Below, piece after piece: positions 8,916-17,486 of a DNA stretch of 48,084 nucleotides. This DNA is from an uncultured bacterium (GTDB taxonomy: Bacteria > Latescibacterota > MWCZ01): assembly GCA_964635955.1 (NCBI GenBank), contig CAZWQW010000001.1, positions 95,491 to 143,574 of the forward strand, given 5' to 3'. Every line of letters starts with the position of its first letter. The first letter of the stretch is position 1. A model generated the notes under the pieces. That model had not been told where the DNA came from. It did not search any database and worked only from the letters and a program-made list of their open reading frames with translations. The position numbers and the translations under genes were made by a program.

Positions 8916-10298
8916 TCATCGACGAATTGTCGGTGCCGGCTCGTCGAATTCATCGATTGTCGGATTGAGTCTGGTGAAGAGCTCGCGGTTCACGAGGACG
9001 ATCTCGTCGACATCCGAACCGGTGGCGTATACTTTATCCCCACGGAACTCGCCAAACGAAATCGATGCGTGTAATGAATCCGCACCGAAAAGCTCGATCT
9101 TGAGGCGTGGTTTCGTTAAATCCCCACGCCGACCGGTAAACTCTGTGGTGCGAGCCATATCAATGTCGGCGATCAAATGATTCACGCGAGCACGGAAAGC
9201 CGATTGCTCACGCGGAGACCACATGCGCCATAACCCCTGCTCGTTCCGCGAAAGCCGTATCAAGCCGTTCGGACCAGCGATGGCAACACTGTCAATATCG
9301 CGACGTTCGAACATGGCAATGCGACGGTCCCAGAAATTCGCCGTTTCGCGATCCAACGCAAAGAGAACATCCATCGGGAGCTGCATTACCGAGTTCTGCC
9401 GCTCATCGTCCATACCCCAAATACCGATATATCCAGAGCCCGCAAGCGCCGGAACCAATGTACCGATACGAAGACGGTATGTCCTCACGGAATCGTCTTC
9501 GTTTGAAGCCGTTAGAACGACTTCCGCACGTGACGGCTCACCGAGTCCGAAGAACGCCGGCTCTCTCTCGGGATGGTCAAAGAAACGATCAACTCGCTGA
9601 TCGGCGAAAACCTTGAGGAAACGAGCCACCGTGTCGGCATCCGCATAGCGGTCAACGGGCTCAACCATACGCCAACGTCTACCTTGGCGTTCGATCCTCA
9701 TCACATCATTGCCGCGCCGAATACGTAACTCTGTGATTGGTTCTTGCAGATAGTCTTCAAATATCCACTTGTACCGAAGCGCATGAAGCGTAACGAGCAC
9801 ACTCTGGTGCACAGCGATGTTCGTAACGATCACCGAATCCGAACCCGCAAACCGAACGTATCCGAGCTTTTCGTTCGGTGTCGGTCCACCGACAAGTAAC
9901 GTCTCTGCCGGCATCGACTTGTCGCGAAACGTGTAAATCATCGTCGCATTCGGATACCGTAGCGTGTAATACCGCAGGCTATCCTCATTCGCGAGGAAGG
10001 TGCGTTCACGTAACGAAGTCCGGAGATTCTGAACAATCAACTCCCAGTTTCGCGGATCACCTCTCCATTCGACCGGCTCGACGATTCGCCAAAGCGAATC
10101 ACCGAAGCTCACCGCTCTGATGGTATCGATATCAGTCATGATCGTGAGTGTATCGATACCGTCACGCGCGACTCGAACAAGTCGAAGATCGGGACGGCTC
10201 TTTCTCTCGATATCGTCGAGGTGACGCTCGCCGTAGAACACCCATAGCCCAAGAATCAGTGCGAGCGCCACCAACACGATTGTTCGAATCCACTTCAT
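8916..10298 (-). CDS. DUF4340-like protein (usual partner of GldG-type ABC accessory proteins)
   Basis: 460 aa. It has a single N-terminal TM (IRTIVLVALALILGLWVFY) and a repetitive beta-rich body. Its position directly after a GldG-like gene matches the usual partnership. The family assignment is from memory. Confidence 0.65.
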   Translation of the reverse strand: MKWIRTIVLVALALILGLWVFYGERHLDDIERKSRPDLRLVRVARDGIDTLTIMTDIDTIRAVSFGDSLWRIVEPVEWRGDPRNWELIVQNLRTSLRERTFLANEDSLRYYTLRYPNATMIYTFRDKSMPAETLLVGGPTPNEKLGYVRFAGSDSVIVTNIAVHQSVLVTLHALRYKWIFEDYLQEPITELRIRRGNDVMRIERQGRRWRMVEPVDRYADADTVARFLKVFADQRVDRFFDHPEREPAFFGLGEPSRAEVVLTASNEDDSVRTYRLRIGTLVPALAGSGYIGIWGMDDERQNSVMQLPMDVLFALDRETANFWDRRIAMFERRDIDSVAIAGPNGLIRLSRNEQGLWRMWSPREQSAFRARVNHLIADIDMARTTEFTGRRGDLTKPRLKIELFGADSLHASISFGEFRGDKVYATGSDVDEIVLVNRELFTRLNPTIDEFDEPAPTIRR

Positions 10299-10341
10299 AC
10301 GTGTCCGTCCTATCGTTCAAATACGAAACTATAAAGCCGTC

Positions 10342-12111
10342 TCAGACCGTTTTTGTGGGTGTCGGACCGCGACTCCGTCGGTACCACCAAATGAGCATAC
10401 CAATCACCAGAACAAACGCCGGGAACCGCCACACCGAGAACAGGAAGATAAACGTGCTCTGCGCGCGCGTGAGACGAAGCGGTTTGTATCCGGGTTCACG
10501 TGGTTGTATCGCGATGAGGCTTTGATCTTCCGCAAGCCAGTTCACGGCATTCAAGCCGAGAGTCAGGTTTCCCTGTTCTTGGCCGACACCACGGTCGGTA
10601 ATGAAATCCGAATCGCCGAACACGACGATACGAGTCTGAGCGTCTTCAGGTGTGAGTGGATCTGTCGCAGGCGCCGTAAGCGCGACACCGACCGGGAACG
10701 GTCCAGTTCGGTCGTCTGCCGGAGAGAAGGTCTGTCGCGGGTTCGTCAGTAACTCACCGACATCCTCCGTCACCAGCGCGAGGCGCGAACCCGCATGGAC
10801 GATCGATCCTCCTGTCGCATCTCGAAGCTCAGGCCGTGTCGGCCCTCGCCATTGAACTTCACGCGCAAGATAGAATCCGGTAGCGACACCGCGTTCGTGG
10901 AGATCGATAACGATTGGATCTTCCGCGTATTCAGTTGCACGAGCGTATACCGACTGCTGCTCGCCCATATAGTAGCCACCGGAACGTGGCACAAGCCCTC
11001 TCTGTCGCTCAATAATAGCATTCGGAAGCACCTTCGCGCCAAAGCGAGAGAGCAGATCCTCAATACCGACTTGTACCGTGTCGGGATCGAGCATGACGAG
11101 AAGCTTGTTTCCGCGTGCGACGAAATCTTCAATACGCTCGATTTCTACCGGAGCGAATGGCGCTCGCGGTCCAATAACCGCGAAAACGGAGGCGTCCAAC
11201 GGGATATCTTCCTCAGTCAGCTGCCACGGTTCTACTTTGTAATTGAGCTGTTCAAGACTCGATACGAACTGCGAGAGATCGCCGTCGAGGGAACGCTCAC
11301 CGTGCCAACTGCTAAAGTAGATCACCGATGTTCCGGGACGCGTAACTTTGATGAGTGCGCTCGTGAGATCACGCTCGTACGGTCCAGGTACAAGCTCCCG
11401 ACGTCCAGTTTCGCTCTTCAGTACAACCATTGGCGTCGATTGGATGTTCTCCTGTCGAGCAACATCGGGATATTTGTCGGGATCGACCATTTCAAACGTG
11501 AAATACGGTGTTATCTCCGTGTATCTCCGGAGTAGTTCCGCGTAACTATTGCGGCTCGGATGGTCGTCGCGGAAAAACGCGATTGCGTGTACGTTACTCT
11601 CGAGACCGCGGAGCTTTGTCGTGGTCTGTTCTGCCAGGCTTTCCAGTTGCGCTTGAGTGAGATCCCACCGTTGCCGCACATGTCGGGACGCGATGTAATT
11701 CACCATTACGACTACTGCAAGCCCGGCGACAACGTATACCCAAACATTCGCACCTTCAGAACTCGCCCGACCGCGGAGCATCGTAAAAATACCCACTGCG
11801 ACGGTGCCGATCGTCAATACGAGGAACCCGGCGATCGAACCAACGTGGCTAAGCTTGATTCCACCGATCTCGAACCCGAAGACTCCTACCAACGCGAGGA
11901 GTACAATCGTAACACCGACTGATACGGCCGTCCCAAATCGCGGAGTGCGTCCGATGCGCATGAAGAACGCACCGGCAAGGAATGCTGTACCCAGCGCCCA
12001 TGGGATTCCCCACGACCACATCGGTGCGTTAGCCACCCACGCGGTGATACCGTCTACAGCGAGTAGCAGTCCGACAAGGCCAATGACGGAAAGAGGAATT
12101 GAGCGAATCAT
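10342..12111 (-). CDS. GldG-like ABC-transporter auxiliary protein with a polytopic N-terminal extension
   Basis: About 5 predicted TMs in the first ~145 aa. An ABC_transp_aux-like region follows, starting RQRWDLTQAQLESLAEQTTTKLRGLESNVHAIAFF, with a C-terminal TM FIFLFSVWRFPAFVLVIGMLIWWY. It abuts the permease stop with a 0-nt gap. Confidence 0.7.
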   Translation of the reverse strand: MIRSIPLSVIGLVGLLLAVDGITAWVANAPMWSWGIPWALGTAFLAGAFFMRIGRTPRFGTAVSVGVTIVLLALVGVFGFEIGGIKLSHVGSIAGFLVLTIGTVAVGIFTMLRGRASSEGANVWVYVVAGLAVVVMVNYIASRHVRQRWDLTQAQLESLAEQTTTKLRGLESNVHAIAFFRDDHPSRNSYAELLRRYTEITPYFTFEMVDPDKYPDVARQENIQSTPMVVLKSETGRRELVPGPYERDLTSALIKVTRPGTSVIYFSSWHGERSLDGDLSQFVSSLEQLNYKVEPWQLTEEDIPLDASVFAVIGPRAPFAPVEIERIEDFVARGNKLLVMLDPDTVQVGIEDLLSRFGAKVLPNAIIERQRGLVPRSGGYYMGEQQSVYARATEYAEDPIVIDLHERGVATGFYLAREVQWRGPTRPELRDATGGSIVHAGSRLALVTEDVGELLTNPRQTFSPADDRTGPFPVGVALTAPATDPLTPEDAQTRIVVFGDSDFITDRGVGQEQGNLTLGLNAVNWLAEDQSLIAIQPREPGYKPLRLTRAQSTFIFLFSVWRFPAFVLVIGMLIWWYRRSRGPTPTKTV

Positions 12112-12939
12112 CTATGCCCTCCACCGTCGAGATTCTAAGACTCGGTTTGTCACGAACAACATGAATCCGATAAATGTGACGTAGTACAGGATGTCGCGTA
12201 ACCGAATCACGCCTGCGAGAAACCCTTCGACGTGACCGGATACCGAGAGGTACCGCAAAAACTCGCCCGCTGCGAAGTTCCCGACATAACTCGCCGCTGC
12301 CGCGATCGAAACGAAAAACAGGATCAGACTGAAGCTAATCACTGCGCTAATGATCTGGTTTTCCGTTAGCGACGACGAAAAGAGTCCGACACTGATAAAC
12401 GTCGCACCGAGAAGGTAGATACCGAAATAACTCGATATCAAAAGTCCCGTATCAGGTCCGACGCCACTTTCAGCGTACCAATATGCAATCGCTGGGAATA
12501 CGAGCGATACGACGATAATCGCTGTCCACAGCGCGAGCGCACCGAGGTACTTGCCAAGAAGTATGCCTGTGGTCGTAGTGGGCGACGTCCACATGAGTTC
12601 AATCGTGCCGCTGCGGTACTCCTCGGAAAACGTCCGCATGGTGAGGATTGGGATGATAAACGTGAGCAAAAACGTCATCGTACCGTATGTGCGACGTACG
12701 ACGATCTGATCGATGTTCGGTGGCGGAGGAGGTTGCGGCGCTTGCATACCCATCTGCGACATGGCGTGAATCTGCTGCAGGCGCAACGGGTACTCTCGCG
12801 TATAGCGGTTCAGATGATTCATTGACTCCTGAAAGAAGTAGCCGGTGAGGATCAGGAACACGAACGCCATCACATACGCCATCGGCGAGTGCAGGTACCC
12901 CCGGACCTCCTTGAGAAAGATGCTCCATGCTCCATTCAT
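12112..12939 (-). CDS. ABC-2 type transporter permease (GldF-like)
   Basis: 275 aa with six hydrophobic segments. The N-terminus IFLKEVRGYLHSPMAYVMAFVFLILTGYFF is typical of ABC-2 permeases. 4-nt overlap with the ATPase stop. Confidence 0.8.
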   Translation of the reverse strand: MNGAWSIFLKEVRGYLHSPMAYVMAFVFLILTGYFFQESMNHLNRYTREYPLRLQQIHAMSQMGMQAPQPPPPPNIDQIVVRRTYGTMTFLLTFIIPILTMRTFSEEYRSGTIELMWTSPTTTTGILLGKYLGALALWTAIIVVSLVFPAIAYWYAESGVGPDTGLLISSYFGIYLLGATFISVGLFSSSLTENQIISAVISFSLILFFVSIAAAASYVGNFAAGEFLRYLSVSGHVEGFLAGVIRLRDILYYVTFIGFMLFVTNRVLESRRWRA

Positions 12940-13700
12940 ACAGCCTGCTCCTCGCGAGAATCGACAGTCGACGACTCTGTATCATCGCGCTGTCCGCTGA
13001 TTACGCGCATGAAGACCTCTTCGAGTGACGTGTTACCTTCTTTACGAATCTCATCCAGCGTTTCGACCAATCGGATTCGCCCTTCGTGGATGATCGCCAC
13101 GGAATCGCACGTCACGCTCACTTCTGGCAGGATATGCGTACTGAGGATGACTGTGTGCTCCCCGCCAAATCCCTTGATGAGTTCACGTATCTCGATAATC
13201 TGCGCAGGATCAAGCCCGATTGTCGGCTCATCGAGAATAAGTACGTCTGGTTCGTGTACGATAGCTTGCGCCAACCCTGTCCGTTGACGGTACCCCTTCG
13301 ACAACGTCCCGATAAGCTGTTTCCGACGATTTTCCAAACCGCATCGTTCAATCGCGAGATCGATTGCCGCACGACGCCGATTCCGCGGTACACGCTTTAA
13401 CTGCGCTGCGAACTCGACGTATTCGCTCACGGTCATGTCATTATATAGCGGCGGGTTTTCGGGAAGGTATCCGAGGCGCTTCCGGACCTCCATCGATTGT
13501 TCCTGCACATCGAACCCGGAAACACGAGCGGTGCCTTCCGTCGGTGGAAGAAAGCACGTCAAGATGCGCATGGTCGTTGTCTTCCCTGCGCCGTTCGGTC
13601 CGAGAAAACCGAGAATTTGCCCGGTCTCCACGCGGAACGTGACGTTGTTCACTGCCGTGAAGTCGCCGTATCTCTTTGTCAAACCATCGACTTCAATCAA
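12936..13700 (-). CDS. ABC transporter ATP-binding protein (GldA-like)
   Basis: Walker A GPNGAGKTT, signature LSKGYRQR, Walker B VLILDEPT. TTG start lies 8 nt after GGAGGA. Confidence 0.9.
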   Translation of the reverse strand: MIEVDGLTKRYGDFTAVNNVTFRVETGQILGFLGPNGAGKTTTMRILTCFLPPTEGTARVSGFDVQEQSMEVRKRLGYLPENPPLYNDMTVSEYVEFAAQLKRVPRNRRRAAIDLAIERCGLENRRKQLIGTLSKGYRQRTGLAQAIVHEPDVLILDEPTIGLDPAQIIEIRELIKGFGGEHTVILSTHILPEVSVTCDSVAIIHEGRIRLVETLDEIRKEGNTSLEEVFMRVISGQRDDTESSTVDSREEQAV

Positions 13701-13826
13701 CGCACGTATCCTCCTCGTTATGCCACACTCATTTTGCCGATTCGTATGCCGCGAAACTCACAAAAGCGACTCTTTACGGTACCCGTTCAGAATCGTGCAG
13801 ACGAATCGACAGGCATTTTGTTCCAT

Positions 13827-14924
13827 TTACATCCGATTTGACCGTGACGTAAAGAATCGCACAAGGGGATCGACATACGACGCCGACGTCGAGATATCGA
13901 CGAGATCGACACCGGTCGATCGAAACACTCGAGTGCGTTCGACATCGACTACATCGGTGCGACGTTCATACATTCGACGGAATATCGGATCCGATGTATC
14001 GACTACGGCTTGCTCACCCGACTCTGGATCCTCAACCGAAAGCAGTCCGACAGGCGGAAGCGCTTCTTCTCTCGGATCGGTTATTCGAATTGCGACCAGA
14101 TCATGTCGCTTCCGGGCTATTCGCAATGGCTTTTCGAAATCGCTCGCTTCGAAGTCACTCACAAGAAACACGATTCCACGCCGCGTTGTTATCCTGTTGA
14201 GAAAATCAAGTGCTTGCGCGATATCGGTTTTTCGCCCTTCAGACGGTTTTGAAGAACGAAAACACGTTCGTCCAATCAACCCAAGAAGTCCTACCGCGGC
14301 AGCGACAATTCCGGTCACGATTAACCATGCTAACACCGTCGCTGGAACACCGATCCACGCGATTGCCAATACCGTCGCGAGTAATGTCACGGTCGCCGCG
14401 AAGGCTCCAATAAGCGGATGCGCTCGTTTCCCCGTCGCGTCACCGCCATTCGCGGATAATCCGGCAAACTGTGCAACGAGCTCGCGCACCACGCGGAGAA
14501 CGTGCTTTCGCCCCTTTTTCGGCGGAACGAAACGTTCGATGCGGTCAGTGAATACGATCAAACCGACGCGATCGTTGTTCTTAATCGCGCTGAACGCCAA
14601 CAACGCACAGACCTCGACGGCGATTTCCGACTTCGTCTGCTCGACACTGCCGAACTCACCGGACGAAGAGGCGTCTACCATCAACATGACGGTGAGCTCG
14701 CGCTCCTCGTCGAAGATCTTTACGAACGGTCGCCCCATTCGCGCTGTTACATTCCAGTCGATCGAACGGACATCGTCGCCACGATCGTATTCGCGCACTT
14801 CTGCGAACTCGACTCCTTGACCCTTAAATGCTGAATGGTATTCACCACTCAGAACAGTGTTTACCACGTGCCGAGTGCGCAATTCGATGCGCCGGACCTT
14901 TTTGAGAATCTCCTTCGGCAGCAT
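13827..14924 (-). CDS. DUF58 (MoxR-associated VWA-like) protein with an inserted two-helix membrane hairpin
   Basis: Canonical DUF58 blocks are present: SGEYHSAFKGQGVEFAEVREYDRGDDVRSIDWNVTAR, ERELTVMLMVDASSS, NNDRVGLIVF. Residues ~155-230 contain LIGAFAATVTLLATVLAIAWIGV and VLAWLIVTGIVAAAVGLLGLIG. Confidence 0.85.
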   Translation of the reverse strand: MLPKEILKKVRRIELRTRHVVNTVLSGEYHSAFKGQGVEFAEVREYDRGDDVRSIDWNVTARMGRPFVKIFDEERELTVMLMVDASSSGEFGSVEQTKSEIAVEVCALLAFSAIKNNDRVGLIVFTDRIERFVPPKKGRKHVLRVVRELVAQFAGLSANGGDATGKRAHPLIGAFAATVTLLATVLAIAWIGVPATVLAWLIVTGIVAAAVGLLGLIGRTCFRSSKPSEGRKTDIAQALDFLNRITTRRGIVFLVSDFEASDFEKPLRIARKRHDLVAIRITDPREEALPPVGLLSVEDPESGEQAVVDTSDPIFRRMYERRTDVVDVERTRVFRSTGVDLVDISTSASYVDPLVRFFTSRSNRM

Positions 14925-14930
14925 GGAAGT

Positions 14931-15926
14931 TTAAGGCACTTCGATCGTGTCGAATATGCGACGAACAATGTCCTCGCTCGTCGTGTCTTCCGCCTCGGCC
15001 TCGTACGTCGGAATTACTCGATGGCGTAACACATCGACACCGATCGCCTTTACGTCTTCTGGTGTCACATACCCGCGTCTCCGAAGAAACGCGTGCGCCT
15101 TCGCCGCCATTGTCAGCCATATCGTCGCGCGTGGTGACGCACCGTATTCGATGAGGTCGGTCAATTCTGTAAGGCCGTAATCCACTGGTTTCCGTGTTGC
15201 GAATACAAGATCGATCACGTAGTCCTTGATCTTCTCGTCGACGTAAACTTGGCGAACAAGCGATCTCGCGCGCACGATGTCTGATGGTGTAATGAGCTTC
15301 TTCGCCACGGGTACAGACTCTTCGGTCATCCGGTCAAGTATCTGCCGTTCTTCTGCTTTACTCGGATACCCCACAACGACCTTAAGCATGAAGCGATCGA
15401 CCTGCGCTTCCGGAAGCGGATACGTGCCTTCCTGTTCGATTGGGTTCTGCGTCGCAAGTACGAGGAACGGATTATCGAGGGGAAAGGTCTCCTCACCGAT
15501 CGTCACCTGATGTTCCTGCATCGCTTCGAGCATCGCACTCTGCACCTTGGCAGGCGCACGGTTCACCTCGTCGGCAAGGACGACATTCGCGAATATCGGA
15601 CCCTTTTTTACGGTGAACTTTCCAACGTGCTGATCGTAAATCAGCGTTCCGATGACGTCAGCGGGGAGAAGATCGGGTGTAAACTGGATGCGTTGAAAGC
15701 GTGCATCGATTGTGTGCGCGAGGGTGCTAACGGCGAGAGTCTTCGCCAGCCCTGGAACACCCTCGAGAAGGATATGCCCGTCGCAAAACAACCCAATAAG
15801 GAGACGTTCAACCATAGTGCGCTGACCGACGATCACCGTTCCAATCTCGGCCAACACGCGCTCGACAAACGCACTTTCTTCCCGAATCAATTCGTTTGTG
15901 CGTTCAATATCTACGTTACCCGACAT
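14931..15926 (-). CDS. moxR: MoxR-family AAA+ ATPase
   Basis: Walker A LLEGVPGLAKT, Walker B VLADEVNRA. 331 aa, with the typical MoxR C-terminal lid. Confidence 0.92.
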   Translation of the reverse strand: MSGNVDIERTNELIREESAFVERVLAEIGTVIVGQRTMVERLLIGLFCDGHILLEGVPGLAKTLAVSTLAHTIDARFQRIQFTPDLLPADVIGTLIYDQHVGKFTVKKGPIFANVVLADEVNRAPAKVQSAMLEAMQEHQVTIGEETFPLDNPFLVLATQNPIEQEGTYPLPEAQVDRFMLKVVVGYPSKAEERQILDRMTEESVPVAKKLITPSDIVRARSLVRQVYVDEKIKDYVIDLVFATRKPVDYGLTELTDLIEYGASPRATIWLTMAAKAHAFLRRRGYVTPEDVKAIGVDVLRHRVIPTYEAEAEDTTSEDIVRRIFDTIEVP

Positions 15927-16839
15927 TGCGCTCCTCTCGAATCAGCATCGCCGCAAAGCGCAACAAGGTTTCTGCTCCCATCATCTCGTTTGAATCAACG
16001 CTTTTTTGCTCCGCGGCATATCGTCGACAATCGAGGTTGTGTAAAAGGTTCACGTACGCAGTCTGCTCGCTCTCGTCGAGTGACGCGGTCTCAACCACGT
16101 GGAGGAGCTCGTCAGCGCTCATTCCGTCGGTGCGGATACCGAATCTCAACGCAACGATACTGCGTAACGCTGCGAACACACCGTCATAAAACGCCAACGT
16201 ATCACCCGATTCCCGCGCCTGACGAATAATGTTGAGTTCCTCGGCTAACTTCCGATCGCCCGCCAGTATTCGCTCTTGCCGTCTTCGAGTTCTTCGTCTT
16301 GTTCGTACACGAATCCACCCGGCGACGACAACGACGATGACGAGTGCAACGCTACCATAGATGACCTGCGACCAACGAAAACGTCCCGTTTTCGTACCGC
16401 GTACCACTTCGACTGGAACCGGTGCCGTGCTGATTCTCCGCGAACTACCAGTCACCGCGTCTCTGACAACGGTTTCCACTACTCCGACGTGCGCAACGCC
16501 GATTCGTTCCGGCGCGACGATCCACGAAAACGTCTGACGCGTTTTCTGTATTCCGTCCTCGACCCACGATGCGGTTTCCTGCCTACTTCCAACGACACGC
16601 AACCCGTCGAGCGACGGATTCTCCGGCCAGGCCGCGATGTACCGATCCGCCGCTCCTGTCCACTCGACCGTTACATCGACGCGTGTACGTCCGTCGAATG
16701 CCACAGGTGATTGACTGAGTTCCGCGACGATTGAGACCTCGTTGGATGTCACCGCCGCGTTCGCGGAAGCGTCACAACCGAGGAACAATAATAGAGCAAG
16801 CGGAAGTAGGACTGAGTACCGGTACTGGCGCGCGTTCAT
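15916..16839 (-). CDS. BatD/DUF4381-like lipoprotein paralog
   Basis: Lipobox LLFLGC, one beta-rich module, TM plus RTRRRTRRRQ, and a helical tail with LLHNLDCRRYAA. 11-nt overlap with the moxR start. Confidence 0.7.
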   Translation of the reverse strand: MNARQYRYSVLLPLALLLFLGCDASANAAVTSNEVSIVAELSQSPVAFDGRTRVDVTVEWTGAADRYIAAWPENPSLDGLRVVGSRQETASWVEDGIQKTRQTFSWIVAPERIGVAHVGVVETVVRDAVTGSSRRISTAPVPVEVVRGTKTGRFRWSQVIYGSVALVIVVVVAGWIRVRTRRRTRRRQERILAGDRKLAEELNIIRQARESGDTLAFYDGVFAALRSIVALRFGIRTDGMSADELLHVVETASLDESEQTAYVNLLHNLDCRRYAAEQKSVDSNEMMGAETLLRFAAMLIREERNVG

Positions 16840-16860
16840 TGGGATACGCCCCCGACGGCG

Positions 16861-17400
16861 TCAATCAACGGTATTCGCGGACGCTCGCGGTGCATCGTCG
16901 CCGTACGGTACCGGCCAGTCTTGAATGGGGCGACCGATATTCTCCAATAGCCACTTCGCCGATCCGCCGGTCACGAACTCGTGTTCAGGAAACTCTCGAA
17001 TGAGTCGCTCGTACGCGGCGCGCGCACGATTGAAATCGTTCAATCCTTCGTAGATGTGACCCGCGAGAATCAGACTCTTTGCGCGGAACGAGCTCGTGGA
17101 ATACTCGCGTAGCAGCCGAAGGTAGTTTTGTGCCGCGTCGCGATGGTCACCTTTGATCTCTTGGAGAGTCGCGAGCATGAAAAGAGCGCTGTCGGCGTTT
17201 TCATGGTGAGGATGGCGATCAAGGAAAAGGCCGAGGCTTGCGATACCTTTGCTGATCTTCGCCTCGTTCAACGCCGGATCCGCTCCGAGGTTGTTCATGG
17301 CATCCGCGCCGTCTTTTAGAAGGCGATCGGGACCGTTAGAGCACGCGGCAAAGACAATAACGCTTGCCACAATAGCCAAGCCGGTAAAAAACCGTCGCAT
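16861..17400 (-). CDS. TPR lipoprotein (YbgF/BamD-like fold), first gene of the super-operon
   Basis: ATG at 17400 follows GAGAGGA. Lipobox VIVFAAC. TPR-like helices include DHRDAAQNYLRLLREYSTSSF and NDFNRARAAYERLIREFPEHEF. Confidence 0.7.
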   Translation of the reverse strand: MRRFFTGLAIVASVIVFAACSNGPDRLLKDGADAMNNLGADPALNEAKISKGIASLGLFLDRHPHHENADSALFMLATLQEIKGDHRDAAQNYLRLLREYSTSSFRAKSLILAGHIYEGLNDFNRARAAYERLIREFPEHEFVTGGSAKWLLENIGRPIQDWPVPYGDDAPRASANTVD

Positions 17401-17486
17401 ACCGTTCCTCTCTGGAAAGGAGCAGCCGCAGTTCTCTGATGTACGCAACCGCGGATACATCCGGATGAAGCAAACGGGAATGTCGC

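Noticed and set aside
10795-11535. A 246-aa antisense ORF inside the GldG-like gene. Similar antisense ORFs occur at 4365-5042, 30109-30801 and 15510-16229.
   Set aside because: These are the same kind of shadow-ORF artefact. They have low-complexity or junk-like translations and no RBS, and each is fully contained in a well-supported gene on the other strand.
13435-14820. A 461-aa stop-free plus-strand ORF antisense to the DUF58 and ABC ATPase genes.
   Set aside because: Its translation is Ser/Arg/Thr-rich with no recognisable motif or RBS. The opposite strand carries two unambiguous family-motif-rich genes. Long shadow ORFs opposite real genes are a known codon-bias artefact.
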